Below are positions 63,030 to 64,000 of a stretch of 64,000 bases of DNA, piece after piece. A program made the position numbers and the translations under genes. Below the pieces are notes generated by a model. The model saw only the letters and a list, made by a program, of their open reading frames with translations, had not been told where the DNA came from and ran no database searches. The DNA comes from a virus. Numbering within the stretch: position 1 is the stretch's first letter; every line of letters begins with the position of its first letter. The stretch spans positions 13,978-77,977 of the IMG/VR virus record IMGVR_UViG_3300021962_000073, one strand, 5' to 3'.

Positions 63030-64000
63030 TTGGCTAACAATTCCAATTTTATAATAAAAACTGGTTTAGCAGTAAACGAAACCACAGTCATTGATACTGC
63101 TGGCGATTGGATTGGTCCAAGCAATAATATTGTCGGTTTCCCAGGATTTCAAGGAGTCACAGGTTCAACGGGAGTTCAAGGCGTACAAGGCCCGCAAGGA
63201 CCTCAAGGCGTTACTGGCGTTTCTGGTGCTCAAGGTCCTCAAGGTCCAACAGGACCTACAGGAGCTACCGGTGTTCCAGGTGTCTTTGGTTTTCAAGGCG
63301 TACCAGGACCAACAGGACCGACAGGTGTTCCTGGCGTTTCTGGATTTCAAGGAGTACCAGGACCTACAGGACCCACAGGCGTACCAGGCGCTCAAGGTCC
63401 TCAAGGTCCAACAGGACCTACAGGAGCTACCGGTGTTCCAGGAGTTTCTGGTTTACAAGGAGTACCAGGACCTACAGGACCCACAGGCGTACCAGGTGCT
63501 CAAGGTACCCAAGGCCCAACAGGACCTACAGGAGCTACCGGTGTTCCTGGCGTTTCTGGATTTCAAGGAGTACCAGGACCTACAGGAGCTACCGGTGTTC
63601 CTGGCATTTCTGGTTTTCAAGGTGTATCAGGACCTACAGGCTCAACAGGTGTATCAGGTGCTCAAGGTCCTCAAGGTCCAACAGGACCTACAGGAGCTAC
63701 CGGTGTTCCAGGAGTTTCTGGTTTCCAAGGAGTTCCAGGTTTTCCTGGACCAACAGGAGTTCCAGGAATTTCTGGTTTCCAAGGATTTGCAGGTCCTACA
63801 GGCTCAACAGGTGTTCCAGGTGCTCAAGGTCCTCAAGGTCCAACAGGAACCACAGGACCAACAGGCGTTCCAGGTGTCTCTGGTTTTCAAGGAGTTCCAG
63901 GTTTTCCTGGACCTACTGGTGTTCCAGGTGTCTCTGGATTTCAAGGCGTACCAGGACCTACAGGACCAACAGGTGTACCAGGTGCACAAGGCCCTCAGGG
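63030..64000 (+). CDS. collagen-like fibre protein (truncated by the window end)
   Basis: TTG start after AAGGGG; Gly-X-Y repeats from 63135 to the end; absent from the ORF track because there is no stop. Confidence 0.85.
   Translation, partial: MANNSNFIIKTGLAVNETTVIDTAGDWIGPSNNIVGFPGFQGVTGSTGVQGVQGPQGPQGVTGVSGAQGPQGPTGPTGATGVPGVFGFQGVPGPTGPTGVPGVSGFQGVPGPTGPTGVPGAQGPQGPTGPTGATGVPGVSGLQGVPGPTGPTGVPGAQGTQGPTGPTGATGVPGVSGFQGVPGPTGATGVPGISGFQGVSGPTGSTGVSGAQGPQGPTGPTGATGVPGVSGFQGVPGFPGPTGVPGISGFQGFAGPTGSTGVPGAQGPQGPTGTTGPTGVPGVSGFQGVPGFPGPTGVPGVSGFQGVPGPTGPTGVPGAQGPQ

Overview
An AT-rich segment of a large T4-like myovirus genome; weak hints (tmRNA tag ANEEIFALAA, a DUF3563-like ORF) point to a Betaproteobacterial host. 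Layout: small ORFs including an ArfA-like peptide (0-2.1 kb); an array of 25 tRNA or tRNA-like genes with several non-tRNA structured RNAs and three embedded ORFs (2.1-6.9 kb); a minus-strand secreted/membrane module with a Cys-rich repeat protein (6.9-10.9 kb); early/middle genes (RNase H, GT2, GalE, ClpP, DenV-like, PhoH, exonuclease, 2OG oxygenase, two-piece tmRNA, SleB-like hydrolase, AAA ATPase, dsbA-33-59-32; 11-26 kb); then tail and baseplate genes (tape measure-like, gp51/26, gp54, 2, 4, 48, 53, hub, split gp5, 25, 6, 7, 8, VrlC-like) and repeat-rich fibres ending in a truncated collagen-like gene. The best candidate for a new system lies directly upstream of the tRNA array. A sigma70 promoter precedes an apparently leaderless 38-codon ORF containing all 20 amino acids (31 distinct codons), whose last codons form the antiterminator strand of a mutually exclusive antiterminator/terminator pair, followed by boxA. 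This looks like a ribosome-coupled attenuator that switches on phage tRNAs when any of many tRNAs fails. Second, one unidentified structured RNA with a palindromic apical loop occurs twice with compensatory changes: once in the tRNA array and once inside the intervening segment of the permuted tmRNA. All calls are from manual reading; no database searches or folding programs were run.
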